From Candidatus Nomurabacteria bacterium (GTDB lineage Bacteria > Patescibacteriota > Minisyncoccia > Phycocordibacterales > UBA5272), in contig JBEIQD010000001.1 of the NCBI GenBank assembly GCA_040376695.1, positions 80,726 through 144,725 on the forward strand: 64,000 nt of DNA, read 5' to 3'. A program made the translations under genes and the position numbers. Positions within the stretch are counted from its first letter, which is position 1; each line of letters opens with the position of its first letter. Shown here piece after piece: positions 17,250 to 26,904 of this stretch. The notes below the pieces were generated by a model. The model had not been told where the DNA came from, searched no databases, and worked only from the letters and a program-made list of their open reading frames with translations.

Positions 17250-17540
17250 TTACATTATTTCGTCCCCAACTCTTCGTTTTGCTAGGAAATCTTCTAGTTG
17301 AACAATTTCTGTCTCAACAGCCTCAAGCCATTCTTCTTTTGTTCCACGAGCTGCTCGTAGCTTTGCTTTAAAGTTTATGTAGAGTGGATAAATAAGTTCA
17401 GGGTCTTCTTTGATGATATTTACGAATTCCGTTTGCTCTTCTTCACTTAACATAACGAGCCCCGCTTCAAAAGCTCTCGCTTCTTCAAAAGTGAGTTCTG
17501 AACTTTCTAGTACTGTTCGAAGTTCTGTGATGAGTGCCAT
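17250..17540 (-). CDS. hypothetical acidic cytoplasmic protein
   Basis: 96-aa ORF with no motif. Confidence 0.4.
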   Translation of the reverse strand: MALITELRTVLESSELTFEEARAFEAGLVMLSEEEQTEFVNIIKEDPELIYPLYINFKAKLRAARGTKEEWLEAVETEIVQLEDFLAKRRVGDEIM

Positions 17541-17668
17541 GGTTATGTAATTTGCCTTGAAAAATAAGCAAATAGTGAAACAAAAAGGAAACTTGTCTAT
17601 GCGCTCACTCTCGCATAAAAAGTAAAAGTCGTCAAGAGTATAACTTGATAAGAAAGAAACGTATAGGA

Positions 17669-17887
17669 TTAGTTCCCTTGTGGCATGGCCGCAGAGCGGA
17701 GAACTGTTTTATCGGTTAATTCGAGTACTGCTTTCATAACTGGAGTCATTTTCTGCCGAAGATCTGCGGAGATTTGCTGATAGTGCTCAAGATGGTCTGG
17801 AAGCTTCATTGATGGCTTAAAAGCATCCTCGTCGCTGTTCTGGTGTGGCACTGAAAAATGTGATGATCCTTCCATAGTTGGTAGCAA
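17669..17887 (-). CDS. hypothetical small protein
   Basis: 72-aa ORF with low support. Confidence 0.25.
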   Translation of the reverse strand: MLPTMEGSSHFSVPHQNSDEDAFKPSMKLPDHLEHYQQISADLRQKMTPVMKAVLELTDKTVLRSAAMPQGN

Positions 17888-18182
17888 TAATTAATAGGTA
17901 AGATGAGTATACTCCCCCTTTTTACCATCGTGCAAGTATAAATTATGTGTTGTTGTAGAAAGTCTTGAAAGTAGTAAAATCTCTTTATTTTAAAGGATAG
18001 AAAATGGTTTTTACAGAAACATAAAAATAACATTTGTCACACCCTTTGAAGCCACTTGTTATATACAGTGAGGGCGGCACTTTTGAAAAGAAATAACGTA
18101 TGTGTATTTTTTGGAGAGTAGTCGTCAAGTCTGTGGCTTGTCCACACTGATTATTATTAATCCTAATAATCGAAAACTATCT

Positions 18183-18959
18183 ATGAAAACATCAAATCTA
18201 AAAACATTATTCAGTGGAATTGCAATTGCAGGTGCGCTTATGGCAATCCCTGTATCAACTTTCGCAGCGAATGCTACAACCACCGCCAATGTCCGAATTA
18301 ACGGAGACGGCATGGTGCATGTGATAAATGCAGAAGTTACATCAATTTCTGGAAATATCATTAATGCAGTAACTCGCTTTAAGAATAGTGTTGTGAATTG
18401 GGCATTTACTACAAATGCGTCTACAACAATTGCTGCAAACAACTCACTTACTGGAACGACAGCTGACATCCGTGTCGGTGATCGTCTTAAGGTAAATGGT
18501 TTAGTATCAGCTTTTGGTTCTACCATTAGCGTACAGGCAGATAAAATTAAAGACATTACATCTATGGCATCATGGAGAGTAAAATCAGGAACGGTACAGA
18601 GTATCAATACAGCCAATGGAACATTTGTTCTTAAGCAGGATGATAAGCTTGTAACGGTACAGACAAATGCTTCAACAACATTTACTCTTGGAAGCACAAC
18701 AGCTTCAACACTTGCTGGGCTTACATTAAATAGCAAGGTGATAGTGTCAGGTGTAACGAGTGCTGATGGTACATCTATGACTGCTTCAAAGGTTAACGTA
18801 AAGGCAACTAACGATAACAAGAGTAAGCATGAATGGAAAAAGGAATGGAAAGATGCTTGGAAAAGCAACAAAGATAACGAGAAGGGAGACAAGGGTCAGT
18901 CACATGATCGTCAGTCATTCCTTAAATCAAACCTCGGAATCTCACTAGGAAACAGATAA
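18183..18959 (+). CDS. secreted protein with repeated beta-rich domains (hypothetical)
   Basis: Start moved to MKTSNLKTLFSGIAIAGALMAIPVSTFA (signal peptide). Repeated ...VNG.V..I.G..I modules, then a Lys/Trp-rich tail. Followed by the terminator at 18994. The antisense ORF 18125..18892 looks like a shadow. Confidence 0.5.
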   Translation: MKTSNLKTLFSGIAIAGALMAIPVSTFAANATTTANVRINGDGMVHVINAEVTSISGNIINAVTRFKNSVVNWAFTTNASTTIAANNSLTGTTADIRVGDRLKVNGLVSAFGSTISVQADKIKDITSMASWRVKSGTVQSINTANGTFVLKQDDKLVTVQTNASTTFTLGSTTASTLAGLTLNSKVIVSGVTSADGTSMTASKVNVKATNDNKSKHEWKKEWKDAWKSNKDNEKGDKGQSHDRQSFLKSNLGISLGNR

Positions 18960-18993
18960 ATTACAAAAGAAACCAGAGAAAACTTATAACAGG

Positions 18994-19020
18994 AAAAGCC
19001 CCCGCAAGGGGGCTTTTCCT
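18994..19020 (+). terminator. intrinsic terminator aagcccccgcaagggggctttt
   Basis: 8-bp GC stem plus T run. Confidence 0.6.
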
Positions 19021-19090
19021 GTGGTTTTGTAAGATTTAAGGCTTTCTCACGTCAGTAGTCATATATAGCAAGTAAACCGTATAAGAAATC

Positions 19091-19504
19091 ATGAAAAAGA
19101 CATATATTAAACTCTCACTTCTCTCTATGACGCTCGTCGCGGGATTTATGATATTCACCCCTCTGGGACATCTTTCAGCACAGAACGAGGTAACTGTTGA
19201 TGAGAAAATAAAGGTTCATAAAGTTACTGTGGAAAGCGCTGATTTTAAAACTAATACGTTCGTTGTTTCGTTTGAGGGTAAAACCATAGAGGTAACAACA
19301 AGCGCAAGTACTACTGTGTTTTTAGGTACTGGTATTGAAACCGAACTACCAGCAATACGTGAAGGTGTAAATCTCTATCTCTTTGGTACGTACAATAAAG
19401 AAACAAATACTATTGCGGCTGAGAAAATGGTGGTACGAAATAAGCGTATTACAGAAAGAACTACACTTAGTCGTGTAGAGCAAAAAGCACAGGAAGTAGA
19501 CTAA
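19091..19504 (+). CDS. secreted protein, paralogous in style to the preceding gene (hypothetical)
   Basis: Signal peptide MKKTYIKLSLLSMTLVAGFMIF. ...VTVESADFKTNTFVVSFEGKTIEVTT... beta-rich domain. Confidence 0.5.
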   Translation: MKKTYIKLSLLSMTLVAGFMIFTPLGHLSAQNEVTVDEKIKVHKVTVESADFKTNTFVVSFEGKTIEVTTSASTTVFLGTGIETELPAIREGVNLYLFGTYNKETNTIAAEKMVVRNKRITERTTLSRVEQKAQEVD

Positions 19505-19752
19505 TTGAGTGAGACTTTTATTAAAGTTAATTTCTCTTCGCGGGTCAGTTTTTTAATCCCAGCCTCTCTTTTCCTTGCTTCTCCAATAGTCCCCACAGGC
19601 TCAGAATAGACCAATGTAACAGGTCTACGTATTTTTGTGTAATGTGCTCCAGATTTTAAATTATTATGCTGGTGCAGCCTTTTTTCGATGTTATTGGTAG
19701 AGCCAATATACAGAGTGTTGTCTGCGCATTGTAGTATATAAATACTGTACAT
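19501..19752 (-). CDS. GIY-YIG nuclease-domain protein (YhbQ/UPF0213-like)
   Basis: MYSIYILQCADNTLYIGSTNNIEKRLHQHN...: GIY-YIG signature. Confidence 0.8.
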   Translation of the reverse strand: MYSIYILQCADNTLYIGSTNNIEKRLHQHNNLKSGAHYTKIRRPVTLVYSEPVGTIGEARKREAGIKKLTREEKLTLIKVSLN

Positions 19753-19809
19753 ACCTACATAATACCACCCTCTATCCTTGAAAGAGAAGTATAAAATAGC
19801 CGGTTAAGA

Positions 19810-20463
19810 CTAAATAGATTCACTACTGCTTCCTGTGATAGGAATTTCTTCACCGAGATATTTAGGTGTTCGATTGAAAATAACATTCATCATGGCTTTT
19901 ACGTTTGCTAGTAATTCTCGCAGATTATTTTTAAGACGATATTCATGCTGATCCGCAGGGAATCCGTGAGCTTCAATATTTAGGTTTCGTGCAAGAAACA
20001 CAGCTCGAGGTAAATGAAATGATTGGGTTACCACTATGGCTGACTTAATCAAAAAAATATCTCGCGCTCGGTACATACTGCTGTAGGTATCAAACCCAGC
20101 ATGATCAAGAAAGATATCTTCACTAGGTATTCCTCGTATAAGTAAATATTCACGAGCTGGATTTACTTCATTATATTCTAGCTGTCCGTCGTCCCCTGAT
20201 ACAAGGATGGTTTTAACCTTACCTGCTCTGTAGAGACTTATGCCACCTTCTATTCTATCTTTGAAGATTGTGGACAGTTCTCCTTTAGAATTAATTCCCG
20301 CACCAAGAACAATTGCAGTGTCAGCTTGCGGAAGATTTGTGATATTGCTTTCAATATATGAACGAGATTGAAAATGAATAATAAGAAATACAAGAACAAT
20401 GAAAGCGAAAATGACAACTGGCCCTTGCCATAAAAATCGTACATAACGCCTCATATTTTTCAT
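19810..20463 (-). CDS. DUF218 (SanA/ElyC/YdcF-like) membrane-anchored protein
   Basis: N-terminal TM. AIVLGAG...ILVSGDDGQLEYNEVNPAREYLLIRGIPSEDIFLDHAGFDTYSS matches the DUF218 pattern. Confidence 0.7.
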   Translation of the reverse strand: MKNMRRYVRFLWQGPVVIFAFIVLVFLIIHFQSRSYIESNITNLPQADTAIVLGAGINSKGELSTIFKDRIEGGISLYRAGKVKTILVSGDDGQLEYNEVNPAREYLLIRGIPSEDIFLDHAGFDTYSSMYRARDIFLIKSAIVVTQSFHLPRAVFLARNLNIEAHGFPADQHEYRLKNNLRELLANVKAMMNVIFNRTPKYLGEEIPITGSSSESI

Positions 20464-21825
20464 TTATATTCCTAAAGCAGTCAACTTAGCTCTCGTGAGA
20501 GGTCCTACATACCCCGCCGCAGGAGAAATTGATTGTGCTAATTGGAATCGAATAACTGCGGCACGAGTTGCGGGACCAAAAAATGTCGTCTCACTTCCTA
20601 ACGACCCCGCTCCAACTGTTGCAACCGTGTATCCACGAGCATTAAGAAACTTCTGAAGTACACGAACATCTTCCCCTACTGAGTTAAGAGTTAGGTCACG
20701 AGTAATAGTGGTTGTAGAAGGTGTTGGTGAGTTTGTAGTAGGTGTGGGGTTAGTCGGTATAGAACTTATTGGATTGGCTTCTATTTTTGCTCGAGTTACT
20801 ACACCGTAGTAACCGTCTGCAGGAGAAATACCTACACTTGCTTGGTATTCAATCAATGCTGACTGTGTCATCGCTCCAAAATTTCCTGTGGCAGACGCTT
20901 GTGCTAATCTGACGGCGTAAGGGCCAGTATTTTTAGCTATGAGATATAGCTGAAGGCGAACTACTTCGTTTCCTTTAGAACCTAACGCCAAATCTCCGGC
21001 AGGGAGTGTATTCACTGAAGGCGATGGTGTTGTGCCTACCGGAATTGAAGACATAAAACTACTAATTATTTGAGGAAGAGTAATGCCTGCCGCGACAGCT
21101 TGAGTAAAGGTAGAGCGGAAATTAACTACAAGAAGTTGAGCTAAAGCATTGGCGTCACTTGTTTGTGTCAGTATTTTAGAAAGATATTGTATTTTTTCTT
21201 GTAGAGACAATGTTGCTGTTGTTCGTGGGTATGGATCTATTGGAGTTCCATTACTATCGTGTATTTCAAAGTGAAGGTGCGCAGCGCCGCCTGAAGCGTT
21301 TCCTGTATTCCCGACATATCCAATAAGGGATCCTTTTTCAAGAACTGTACCAGAAACTACTCCTTCACCTAATTTGTCGAGGTGCATGTATACATATGTT
21401 TCTCCGCCTGGGTTTGCTGTGTATACGTAGATTCCTTCTCCAGAGCCCACCCCAGTGCGCAATACAACAGCTGCTGTTGGAGAAACAATCGGAGTACCTT
21501 TTACGGCCATGATGTCATTTCCTATATGTGTTCGTCCGTTCGAACGAGCGTCTCCGAAATCAGATGACAAGTTACCTAACTCAACACCAAAAAGTACTGG
21601 AATAGGCACAGAAACCGTAATAGAGCTCCCTAAAGCACTTATTTGTTGCTGTAGTCCATTTGATCCCCCGCGCCATCCTCGTATGTATTGTCGACGTTCT
21701 GTCGTTGAGTCATTTGATCCATCAGTTGTTGTAGTGCTTTGAGCGCTTACTGGAATCGTAAAAGTGGCGAGTAAAAAAAACGTGAGAGCACTGAAAGCCG
21801 AAACTTTCTTTAGTGTATGGTTCAT
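20464..21825 (-). CDS. M23-family peptidoglycan endopeptidase with two PG-binding (PG_binding_1-like) domains
   Basis: Signal peptide. HIGNDI...GYVGNTGNASGGAAHLHFEIHD (M23 HxxxD/HxH motifs). Two LG..G..V..LQ.FL...GY repeats typical of PG-binding domain 1. Confidence 0.85.
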   Translation of the reverse strand: MNHTLKKVSAFSALTFFLLATFTIPVSAQSTTTTDGSNDSTTERRQYIRGWRGGSNGLQQQISALGSSITVSVPIPVLFGVELGNLSSDFGDARSNGRTHIGNDIMAVKGTPIVSPTAAVVLRTGVGSGEGIYVYTANPGGETYVYMHLDKLGEGVVSGTVLEKGSLIGYVGNTGNASGGAAHLHFEIHDSNGTPIDPYPRTTATLSLQEKIQYLSKILTQTSDANALAQLLVVNFRSTFTQAVAAGITLPQIISSFMSSIPVGTTPSPSVNTLPAGDLALGSKGNEVVRLQLYLIAKNTGPYAVRLAQASATGNFGAMTQSALIEYQASVGISPADGYYGVVTRAKIEANPISSIPTNPTPTTNSPTPSTTTITRDLTLNSVGEDVRVLQKFLNARGYTVATVGAGSLGSETTFFGPATRAAVIRFQLAQSISPAAGYVGPLTRAKLTALGI

Positions 21826-21942
21826 ATTGTTATAGATAATGACGTTTAAGATACCTCTGTTCTTACAAAATGAGGAAATCTAGTCATCGTATACTGTATA
21901 TAACAGTTAATGTTTCGCTTCGTGACATAACTATCTTTTTAA

Positions 21943-22686
21943 TTAGTTGTATGGTTTAAAAAACAAGAGCACTCCGCGGAGTAGAACTTTGTCGATAAAT
22001 GGAAGTATAAAGTGTGCTTTAGAAATCCTTTGCATGTGAGCTTCTAATGTTTTCTTTGAAAGTTCAGACATGGGAATACCGAGATCTTTTGATTCGCGAG
22101 CAAGGTCCATGGATAACAATGTCGCATGAAAAAGGACACTGCGCTGAAGGCGTATAAGTTTCTTTCTTATTTCTCCGTTAGTGTCCTCCTCTAAAATCCT
22201 TTTTAGTTCTGTAACACCAAATTCTAGATGCCTTATTTCGTCACGAAGAATAATTGTGCTTATTTCACTAAGTGCTCCATCTGTGTGATGTTCCAACTCT
22301 TGCAAAAGAGAAATGTTCAAACCCTCAACGATAAAATTTTGTATGAAGACGCACTGGGTATAGTCTCTTTCTTCTATGGCGCGAGACATAAGCTGATCAA
22401 GTTTTCGCAGATGTGAAGAAACTAGAGCATCTGTACGAAGATGGCTTCCTACATAATCAGTTAAGAGTTCAAGATGAGTATCTTCTTCCCTTTGTTGTTG
22501 TAAAAGAAAATTCTTGGCCTCTGTTGTCGGAGCAAAGGTCGACATAATGCGGCAGTAATCTATAGCAATAGTTTCTCCGTAAACTATTTGAAGAAGATAA
22601 TGATATCGAGCCTTAGCGTATTTTTCTGAATCTACTTGAGGATACGTAAGGATATGAGGTTGCATTCTTACAAGTGTATCATGCAC
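21943..22686 (-). CDS. ferritin-like di-iron carboxylate superfamily protein (hypothetical)
   Basis: Four-helix ligand pattern: E (YGETIAIDY), EEDTH (ExxH), E (VEGLN...ELEHH), DEIRH (ExxH). Confidence 0.45.
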   Translation of the reverse strand: MHDTLVRMQPHILTYPQVDSEKYAKARYHYLLQIVYGETIAIDYCRIMSTFAPTTEAKNFLLQQQREEDTHLELLTDYVGSHLRTDALVSSHLRKLDQLMSRAIEERDYTQCVFIQNFIVEGLNISLLQELEHHTDGALSEISTIILRDEIRHLEFGVTELKRILEEDTNGEIRKKLIRLQRSVLFHATLLSMDLARESKDLGIPMSELSKKTLEAHMQRISKAHFILPFIDKVLLRGVLLFFKPYN

Positions 22687-22693
22687 CTCCCCT

Positions 22694-23179
22694 CTAATTT
22701 TTAGGAGGATAATTGTATTCGTATGAACTTAATGAGTCAGGAGGATAATTATCAAGATACGCACAGGTTCCTTCGCTACGAGTTGTTCTCCCTATCAGCT
22801 TCTCAGATGCAATAAGAACTCCATTTTGCATGTAACAATAATCGAAATATGTATCCGCCCCAGAGGCGGCTACACCGCCTGCAATTCGGTGAACGTAAAA
22901 GGAATTTCCAGCAGTATCCATTCCTTCTACTTCATACTGACTAAACCCCTTACTTGAAGCACATTTGAAATGTGAAATGCTAGAAAATTCAAATGGTGGC
23001 AAATTATATGCACTGTTTGCATATCCATTTTGAACTTGTTCGGTAAATGAATCGAAACAATCAACTCCAACAGGTGGAAATGTTTCTACGGTACGCGGTA
23101 TGGACAAAAAGACCGCAACAACAAGGAGTAAAAGTGTTGATGCTGTAGAAAATTGAAAGACTTGCCTTGAAGAATTCAT
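22694..23179 (-). CDS. hypothetical secreted Cys-containing protein
   Basis: Signal peptide, then 161 aa with no motif. Confidence 0.4.
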   Translation of the reverse strand: MNSSRQVFQFSTASTLLLLVVAVFLSIPRTVETFPPVGVDCFDSFTEQVQNGYANSAYNLPPFEFSSISHFKCASSKGFSQYEVEGMDTAGNSFYVHRIAGGVAASGADTYFDYCYMQNGVLIASEKLIGRTTRSEGTCAYLDNYPPDSLSSYEYNYPPKN

Positions 23180-23188
23180 AGATACAAT

Positions 23189-23782
23189 TTATTTCAACTT
23201 GAACGTATCAACAACTTTCTGGTGAACAGCTTTTGTTTCAACCTCTTCTTCTGCAGTTGTGCCTGATTCTTTGTCGTAATATGCAATGATGTAATATCCA
23301 TTTTTCTCAGCAACCTCCTTTTTGCCTAAGGCGTTTTCAAGATTAAAACAAGACATTTGGTAGATTCCGATTTCCCCGTTCATTCTGTGTCCATCGCCGC
23401 CATCATTTGTGGCTCCATCCCAAATACACCCAGCAACATCTCGTGGGCCTGCCACCATCCAATCAGACGGGACTTGGAAACTATAAGCACTTCTTGAAAT
23501 GGTTTTGAGTTCAGTTTCATCTCCAATAATTCCAACAGCCAATTCCACCCAAACAAATAGGAATATCATGATGATACCTAGGATTACAATAACTCGATGT
23601 ACGGTGCTCTTGATCATCTTGTGAGCCAATTCAAACCCAAGTCCAGCAGTAAAAAGCATTACTGCGGCAAAAATAAAGTCTCCGAGAGTCCAGTTCCAAC
23701 CTTCAACAAAGTAATTTCCAAACAAAGGAATGAGTAATATGAGAGCTACTATTAATAAAAGTCGTGTGATCTTTTTAGTCAT
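23189..23782 (-). CDS. hypothetical membrane protein
   Basis: Four TM helices, then a soluble C-terminal domain. Confidence 0.45.
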   Translation of the reverse strand: MTKKITRLLLIVALILLIPLFGNYFVEGWNWTLGDFIFAAVMLFTAGLGFELAHKMIKSTVHRVIVILGIIMIFLFVWVELAVGIIGDETELKTISRSAYSFQVPSDWMVAGPRDVAGCIWDGATNDGGDGHRMNGEIGIYQMSCFNLENALGKKEVAEKNGYYIIAYYDKESGTTAEEEVETKAVHQKVVDTFKLK

Positions 23783-23846
23783 AGTATAAGTATATCAGTA
23801 AAAGAAGACCCTGTGTTTCGTGGTAAAATAAAGCTCATAAAACACT

Positions 23847-24197
23847 ATGGTACAACCTCGAATCTATACTATGAGTTTTGCAAGCGTGTATCGACTCTAC
23901 ATTGCTAAGGTAGAAAGAAAAGGTCGTACGAAAGCAGAAGTCGATACAATTATTTGCTGGCTAACAGGATACAGCCAAAAAGGCTTGGAGTCACAACTTG
24001 AAAAACAAACTACTTTTGAAGTCTTTTTTGCAAAAGCTCCGAAGTTGAATCCTTTACGAACATTAGTTAAAGGTGTGATTTGTGGCGTTCGAATAGAAGA
24101 TATTCAAGAACCTCTTATGAAAGAAATTCGTTATCTAGATAAATTGATTGATGAGTTGGCAAAAGGGAAAATAATGGAAAAAATATTACGAAAGTAA
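23847..24197 (+). CDS. DUF2200-family protein
   Basis: [37 protein letters not shown] matches the conserved DUF2200 N-terminus as I recall it. Confidence 0.6.
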   Translation: MVQPRIYTMSFASVYRLYIAKVERKGRTKAEVDTIICWLTGYSQKGLESQLEKQTTFEVFFAKAPKLNPLRTLVKGVICGVRIEDIQEPLMKEIRYLDKLIDELAKGKIMEKILRK

Positions 24198-24216
24198 TAA
24201 ATTCACACGATATGTA

Positions 24217-24585
24217 TTAGTTTGCAGAAACCTCTCTTGTTGTCATAAACGCTGGGATAATTAATCCTAAAAGTCCTCCACCTAGAATTGCTAAAATGAG
24301 ATTAATAACTATAAGAATTAGGTATCTAAATTTGGTGTAGAGTTTTCTCTTTATGAGAAGTAAAACAGAAATTATAGCTATGTAGATTATTGCAACCATT
24401 GGACCCACGTTAGACTGTAATCCAGCATTAAAACCCTCCTGAAATGTTTGTGCGTTGGTTGAAGTGCTTAGCAATGCCCCAAAAACACCTCCTAAAATTA
24501 CAGCAAGTAATAGATAAGCTAGATAAAAACCGATAGCTTCCTTCCAGTTTCGTTTATAAGAAAAGTCAGTTAATTTTTTAAACAT
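24217..24585 (-). CDS. hypothetical membrane protein
   Basis: 122 aa, 3 TM. Confidence 0.4.
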   Translation of the reverse strand: MFKKLTDFSYKRNWKEAIGFYLAYLLLAVILGGVFGALLSTSTNAQTFQEGFNAGLQSNVGPMVAIIYIAIISVLLLIKRKLYTKFRYLILIVINLILAILGGGLLGLIIPAFMTTREVSAN

Positions 24586-24600
24586 AATAAAAGTCTAACA

Positions 24601-25224
24601 TTATCTTAGTTTGTTTTGTACAACTCGCTCAAACTTTGATGCAATGATTGCGGTTATTGTAGAAATAAGAAGTATAAAAAGCCCTACAGCGACTCCACCA
24701 GCTATGTCTTCTTCTGGGCGAACTATAAATAAGTAAGCTAATGGTGCGATAACAAAAGCAATAAGAGCTACTGCGCATCGTTTTAGAGTATGTAAAGCTT
24801 TTATCGTCGAAGGTGAAAACATTTTATTTTCTCGTACGTGACCTAGTATTTTCAATATTTGATAGAGTCCAATAAAAAATGCAATTGACGCTGTATACAC
24901 ATATATCAGAAATGGGTCTTTGAAGTAAACTTCGAAAGCTGTGGCATTTATGTTTCTGCCTTCAAAGTGTGGTTCCACAAGCATGAAAGTAAAAGTAATA
25001 ATTCCCAAAAGTATAGTTAGTATCTGAAAAAAGAGTAATGAAACTTTTTTCACCACTTCGTTCTTTTTTGAATATAAATCAAGGAGCGGCAGAATAATAA
25101 TCCAAATACAAGTTATGTAGAGCCATGTGTTTTCGTACTGTGTGTCTTTCAAGATTATCGCTGAAACAACTATTGCTACTGAAACAATGAGTGAAAGTAT
25201 TATTTTAAATATTTCTCTGTTCAT
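24601..25224 (-). CDS. hypothetical membrane protein
   Basis: 207 aa, 6 TM. Confidence 0.45.
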   Translation of the reverse strand: MNREIFKIILSLIVSVAIVVSAIILKDTQYENTWLYITCIWIIILPLLDLYSKKNEVVKKVSLLFFQILTILLGIITFTFMLVEPHFEGRNINATAFEVYFKDPFLIYVYTASIAFFIGLYQILKILGHVRENKMFSPSTIKALHTLKRCAVALIAFVIAPLAYLFIVRPEEDIAGGVAVGLFILLISTITAIIASKFERVVQNKLR

Positions 25225-25246
25225 AGTTCTAGTTTAGTCGTTGAGC

Positions 25247-25405
25247 TTATTTTGATTGAAGAAAATATGATGAGGGAACAGCAATGATGGCAGCAGTAAT
25301 GTATAGCCAAGTGTCGTCATAACCATTCACGGCCCAAACCACAACAAGTACCACAAACGTTGTAAGAACAATTAAAGCCTTTGCTATTTTTGATTTTGAT
25401 GTCAT
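25247..25405 (-). CDS. small (52 aa) membrane peptide, a partial paralog of the upstream membrane protein
   Basis: MTSKSKIAKALIVLTTFVVLVVVWAVNGYDDTWLYITAAIIAVPSSYFLQSK. Shares DTWLYIT with NTWLYITCIW in 24601..25224. Below the ORF-track threshold. Confidence 0.25.
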   Translation of the reverse strand: MTSKSKIAKALIVLTTFVVLVVVWAVNGYDDTWLYITAAIIAVPSSYFLQSK

Positions 25406-25436
25406 GTATAAAGTGTACCACTCTATATAAAACTTG

Positions 25437-25473
25437 CTAGCTGGGGCTGTGGCACGAAGTTGGAACTTTTTTT
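25437..25473 (+). repeat. R1: copy of the tRNA-Gln 3'-end-like direct repeat (gctagCTGGGGCTGTGGCACGAAGTTGGAACttttttt)
   Basis: Shares a core of about 26 nt with R3-R6 and the CTGGGG acceptor segment with the tRNA-Gln 3' end. Confidence 0.6.
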
Positions 25474-26311
25474 AAATAGCTCTTTGTCTATTAACCTCTG
25501 AAAGTACAATTGAAGTTGCAACAGCAACGTTAAGTGAGCTTGCGGAGCCTTGCATAGGAATATTAACCATCACATCAGCTAATTCTTTGTATCCTGCACT
25601 CAGTCCCCACTTTTCATTACCAGCAAGTAGTATTGTTGGAGTTTTGAAATCATGTTCATAAATTGTTTCACTCCCCTTTTCATCTGTACCAACAACTTGA
25701 AGTGTCGAATATTTCTCTCGCATTGAATCGATCCAATCTTCGAGATCTCTTTGCGCTTGAACTCGAACAATAGGTAATGAGAAAAGAGAGCCAGTTGTTG
25801 CGCTAATAGTTTCAGGATCATAGATATCAACCGCGTGTCCTGTAATAACGAGCCCGTCTACACCAAGTGCGTCGCACGAACGAATAATAGTACCAAGATT
25901 CCCTGGACTTGAAGGGCGGTCGAAAATAACAATGAGTGGATTCTCTTTGAGTTGTATCTTCTCGAAATTATCTTGTGGTATTTCACCAAGAGCAAGTAGT
26001 TCGGACGCTTCTTCTTTGTTGCTGAGCTTATTCAGTAACTCAAGAGAAAGATCGTAATGAGTTTCTGCTTTAGAATTCTCTAGAATATTCTTTGCCCAAT
26101 CTGAAAGACCTTTTTCTGATGAATAAAAGAAGGCTTTTATACTCCAGTTATATGCTACTGCGTTATTGATGTTGCGAACACCCTCAAAAATGAACCCTTC
26201 ATGATTCCTTTTCTCTCTGTTTGTTTTAAGTGCGTTTAGTACTTGAAACGTAGCATTCTCTTTTGTTATTGTTAAAATTTTTGCAGTCATCTGTAAACTA
26301 TAGACTAGCAA
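25472..26311 (-). CDS. TrmH/SpoU-family RNA 2'-O-methyltransferase (RlmB-like, with N-terminal substrate-binding extension)
   Basis: IVIFDRPSSPGNLGTIIRSCDALGVDGLVITG...LNVAVATSIVLSEV: SpoU methylase motifs I-III. Confidence 0.8.
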   Translation of the reverse strand: MLVYSLQMTAKILTITKENATFQVLNALKTNREKRNHEGFIFEGVRNINNAVAYNWSIKAFFYSSEKGLSDWAKNILENSKAETHYDLSLELLNKLSNKEEASELLALGEIPQDNFEKIQLKENPLIVIFDRPSSPGNLGTIIRSCDALGVDGLVITGHAVDIYDPETISATTGSLFSLPIVRVQAQRDLEDWIDSMREKYSTLQVVGTDEKGSETIYEHDFKTPTILLAGNEKWGLSAGYKELADVMVNIPMQGSASSLNVAVATSIVLSEVNRQRAI

Positions 26312-26325
26312 AAATTCCTTAAAAA

Positions 26326-26358
26326 CTCGAGCTTGGTTTGTGGGACGAACTTGGAACT
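26326..26358 (+). repeat. R2: diverged copy (ctcgagcttggtttgtgggacgaacttggaac)
   Basis: Keeps the ctcgagc flank seen in the tRNA-Gln 3' trailer (29189-29195) and the tgggacgaa(c/g)ttggaac core. Confidence 0.5.
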
Positions 26359-26359
26359 A

Positions 26360-26506
26360 TTATTTCCTGTTGCGACTAGCATCAAAAACTACACCAATCG
26401 CTATTCCTACGGCAAGACCAATAGCAATATTGTCCAGCGCTATACCAAGCCCTGCTCCGATAGCGACACCTATAGCAATCCACATTCCCTGTGTATTTTT
26501 TTCCAT
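26360..26506 (-). CDS. 48-aa glycine-zipper membrane peptide (hypothetical)
   Basis: MEKNTQGMWIAIGVAIGAGLGIALDNIAIGLAVGIAIGVVFDASRNRK. Located between R2 and R3. Below the ORF-track threshold. Confidence 0.3.
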   Translation of the reverse strand: MEKNTQGMWIAIGVAIGAGLGIALDNIAIGLAVGIAIGVVFDASRNRK

Positions 26507-26524
26507 TTTTTCATTATAGCAAAA

Positions 26525-26560
26525 GTAGCTGGGGGTGTGGGACGAACTTGGAACTTTTTT
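26525..26560 (+). repeat. R3: gtagctgggggtgtgggacgaacttggaactttttt
   Basis: Direct repeat family member. Confidence 0.6.
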
Positions 26561-26584
26561 ATCCGAATAAGCTATACTTAGATC

Positions 26585-26899
26585 ATGAAAAAATACTGGG
26601 AGAACCTAACGGTTATAAAGACTTTCTTCTTTGCTATTTTGCTCCCAGTAATATGGTATCTAATGGCAGTTTTATCTAGTCGTTCAGTTCTAGCTTCTTC
26701 TTTCTTTGGAAGCGGAATAATGAGTATCCCTGTACTAGCTAGTTTTTGTCTTTATATAGTTCTGATGTTTACCTCAGTAGTTATTTTTATAATAAGAAAG
26801 CAATACAAACTTCTTTTTACTGTACTAATAAGTGTGTATCTTGGTTATATATTATTCGTCTTTTCATTGTACGAACTGTTTGGTAATTTAGATTTTTAA
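26585..26899 (+). CDS. hypothetical membrane protein (extremely AT-rich cargo gene)
   Basis: 104 aa, 3 TM. ORF starts about 25 nt after R3. Confidence 0.4.
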   Translation: MKKYWENLTVIKTFFFAILLPVIWYLMAVLSSRSVLASSFFGSGIMSIPVLASFCLYIVLMFTSVVIFIIRKQYKLLFTVLISVYLGYILFVFSLYELFGNLDF

Positions 26900-26904
26900 T
26901 AAAT

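Noticed and set aside
18125-18892. Minus-strand 255-aa ORF
   Set aside because: Fully antisense to the secreted-protein gene 18183..18959, which has a signal peptide and a terminator.
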